NCBI GenBank assembly: GCA_034530615.2
Contig: JAVRCV020000015.1
Span: 96,001-160,000, forward strand
Source: Aulosira sp. ZfuVER01
Lineage (GTDB): Bacteria > Cyanobacteriota > Cyanobacteriia > Cyanobacteriales > Nostocaceae
Reading direction: 5' to 3'
DNA length: 64,000 nt
Shown here: piece by piece, positions 61,761 through 64,000 of the stretch
Layout of the letters: each line of letters begins with the position of its first letter
How positions within the stretch are numbered: position 1 is the stretch's first letter
Made by a program: the position numbers and the translations under genes
The notes under the pieces: generated by a model
Databases searched by the model: none
Seen by the model: only the letters and a program-made list of their open reading frames with translations
Told to the model about the DNA's origin: nothing

Positions 61761-62666
61761 TTAAGAATCGCCTTCCCTAAACTCTTGAGTTGTAAGCCAC
61801 CTTTTTCGCCAACGGGAGGTAGGCTCTAGAGAAGAAGCTTGTTGCTCTTGTTGTCGTCGCATCAATATAACATAGGCAGGGTCATTCAATAGGGGGTCGC
61901 GGTAGGGAATAGCAGCACGAGTTTGCAAATGCTCTATTTCAGACGGGGAAAGCAAATTTAGTGCAAAAGTACTATAAAACCCTTGATGAACTGCTACTGT
62001 ACCAGGCGATCGCCTTCCTACTGGTGGGGTAGAAGCGATCGTTAAGCCAGTCGTTAATAGCGCTGTGCGTACAGAAGCAGCACAAGAATAAGTTGCAAGA
62101 ATACCATCCGGGTGCAAACACAAAGATACTTGTTTGATAAATTCCACAGTCCATAATTGAGGACACTGAGGCGGCGAAAAGGGATCGAGAAAAATTGCAT
62201 CCGCTAGAAAACCTTGCTGCTGTAAGAGTTGAATCGATTCTCTAGCATCCCCAAGGATTAACTCAGCCTTCAAGTACTCTTGTTGCACCTGATACTTAAA
62301 AGCTAGCTGATGCAACATATCGGTATACTTGTAGTCCCAATTATCAAATAAGTGATGAGCGATCGCAGCTTGGGGTACAGATGGATTGAGTTCTAACGCC
62401 ATGAGTTCAACAGAACAATTGGGATTTACGTCCCAAATAGTCTGCAAAGCCGCTGCTGTGTTGTATCCTAGACCATAACAAATGTCCAAAAGCCGTAACA
62501 CTGGTTTTTGGGCACGAGCAGCCAGTTGAGTAGGTTCTGCAAACTTGAGAAAACTCTCTTGCTTCGCTCCATAATGACTGTGAAAAGCTTCGCCAAACTC
62601 ATGGGAAGTAAAAGTAAAGGAACCATCTGCCGTAGGTTGTGGTACAAATGTGTCAAAATCTGGCAT
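61761..62666 (-). CDS. MnmC-like (MnmD) tRNA methyltransferase domain protein
   Basis: TADGSFT, FHSHYGA, CYGLGYN, FLDPFSP, LATYS. Confidence 0.85.
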   Translation of the reverse strand: MPDFDTFVPQPTADGSFTFTSHEFGEAFHSHYGAKQESFLKFAEPTQLAARAQKPVLRLLDICYGLGYNTAAALQTIWDVNPNCSVELMALELNPSVPQAAIAHHLFDNWDYKYTDMLHQLAFKYQVQQEYLKAELILGDARESIQLLQQQGFLADAIFLDPFSPPQCPQLWTVEFIKQVSLCLHPDGILATYSCAASVRTALLTTGLTIASTPPVGRRSPGTVAVHQGFYSTFALNLLSPSEIEHLQTRAAIPYRDPLLNDPAYVILMRRQQEQQASSLEPTSRWRKRWLTTQEFREGDS

Positions 62667-62777
62667 CTTAGCAATAAAACACAGAATACTATCAGCTAAT
62701 AATCTAAATTACCAATGACCACAAGGGGCAGGAGAATAGAGAGCAAGGGAGGATGAGGGAGACGAGGAGAAATAGTA

Positions 62778-62829
62778 AATGCCCAATGCTCAATGCCCAA
62801 TGCCCAATGCCCAATGCCCAATGCCCAAT
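62778..62829. repeat. AATGCCC heptamer tandem repeat (STRR-type)
   Basis: About seven consecutive units. Confidence 0.85.
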
Positions 62830-62834
62830 AACAA

Positions 62835-63656
62835 ATGACAAACGACAAATTAATTGTTTCGCCAGCATGGTTATTTGAACATCTGAACGATCCGCAAGTG
62901 GTGATTGTTGATTGTCGCTTTTCGTTGGCTAATCCCCAACTAGGACGACAGCAGTACCAAGAAAGCCACATCCAAGGATCTTACTATCTAGATTTGAACC
63001 AAGATCTTTCTAGTCCTGTAGAAGAACATGGAGGCAGACATCCTTTACCTAATCCCCTTGATTTAGCTCAAAAGTTATCAGAAATCGGAGTAAATTACCA
63101 AAAAACTTTGGTTGTAGCTTACGATGATTCGCGGTTTGCCTTTGCAGCGCGTTTGTGGTGGCTGTTGCAATATTTAGGACATGAACAAGTGGCGGTATTA
63201 GATGGAGGCTTTAGCGAATGGCAAAAAGCTGGTTATCCTGTTACAAATATTATTCCTCAACCTCAAACTGCTAGCTTTGTTCCCCAAATTCAAACAGATA
63301 AAGTAGTAGATATTCAAACCGTAAAAAGTAAAAAAGATTTGCCAGAGGTAATTCTGGTAGATTCGAGAGAAAGCGATCGCTATCGAGGAGAAAGAGAACC
63401 AATTGATAAAATTGCTGGTCATATACCTGGTGCTGTGAATTATCCTTGGCAAGAAGTTACAGATGCTTCAGGATATTTACTTTCACCAGCAGCACAACGC
63501 CGTCGCTGGGAAAAACTAGCAACTGCTGAGGAGATTCTAGTTTATTGTGGTTCTGGTGTTACTGCTTGCGTGAATTTACTTTCTTTAGAACTAGCAGGAA
63601 TTTCTAAAGGTAAACTGTATGCTGGTAGCTGGAGTGATTGGATTAGTTATATGTAG
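62835..63656 (+). CDS. Rhodanese/3-mercaptopyruvate sulfurtransferase
   Basis: GGRHPLP, GHIPGA, YCGSGVTAC, YAGSWSDW. Confidence 0.93.
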   Translation: MTNDKLIVSPAWLFEHLNDPQVVIVDCRFSLANPQLGRQQYQESHIQGSYYLDLNQDLSSPVEEHGGRHPLPNPLDLAQKLSEIGVNYQKTLVVAYDDSRFAFAARLWWLLQYLGHEQVAVLDGGFSEWQKAGYPVTNIIPQPQTASFVPQIQTDKVVDIQTVKSKKDLPEVILVDSRESDRYRGEREPIDKIAGHIPGAVNYPWQEVTDASGYLLSPAAQRRRWEKLATAEEILVYCGSGVTACVNLLSLELAGISKGKLYAGSWSDWISYM

Positions 63657-63815
63657 TTTTAACTCCGGAGACCTGCGATGCTCGGTATTTCCAAAATAGG
63701 TAAGTAAAATACAATAAAATAGAATTTGTCAAGTGTTTTTTATCTATATTTAGAGAAGCTACACGGCTTAAACTGTGGCAGAACTATTAAGCAATATTAT
63801 TACAGCTAAGAGCAA

Positions 63816-64000
63816 ATGAGCGAAACTAGCCAACGGCGAATTGTAATTGGGGATGTGCATGGTCACTATGAAGGATTAATGACTTTATTGGCAGCCATTG
63901 CTCCAGGGTCAAACGATCAACTCTATTTTCTAGGAGACTTAATCGATCGCGGTCCTCAAAGCGCACAGGTAGTTAAGTTTGTCAAAGAAAATAACTATCC
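63816..64000 (+). CDS. Metallophosphoesterase/Ser-Thr phosphatase (partial, runs off window)
   Basis: IGDVHG, FLGDLIDRGP. Confidence 0.88.
   Translation, partial: MSETSQRRIVIGDVHGHYEGLMTLLAAIAPGSNDQLYFLGDLIDRGPQSAQVVKFVKENNY

Noticed and set aside
1..64000. Very frequent GCGATCGC
   Set aside because: This is the known cyanobacterial HIP1 and is expected background.

Overview
Chromosomal window of a Nostoc-like filamentous cyanobacterium, judged from dense HIP1 GCGATCGC sites, heptamer tandem repeats and chlB. Housekeeping genes (rpmI-rplT, chlB, secA, ribF, surE, pheS, recQ, leuA, pyrD, glmU) are mixed with signalling kinases, two toxin-antitoxin loci, Uma2 genes, a CHAT-STAND-TPR gene, a decayed DpnII-type restriction system and an ars operon containing pstS. 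The most striking locus is 44431-46812 (-): a near-consensus sigma70 promoter precedes four tandem ~126-nt tRNA-like RNAs and a Ro60/TROVE gene. The RNAs are in normal tRNA order, three end in CCA, and the anticodon arm is replaced by a ~65-75 nt module capped by a GCAA hairpin. The same hairpin recurs next to the TROVE ribosome-binding site. A second unexplained element is a heavily nested ~345-nt structured RNA candidate upstream of ribF (28384-28729, -). All structures and family calls were made by eye; no searches or folding programs were run.
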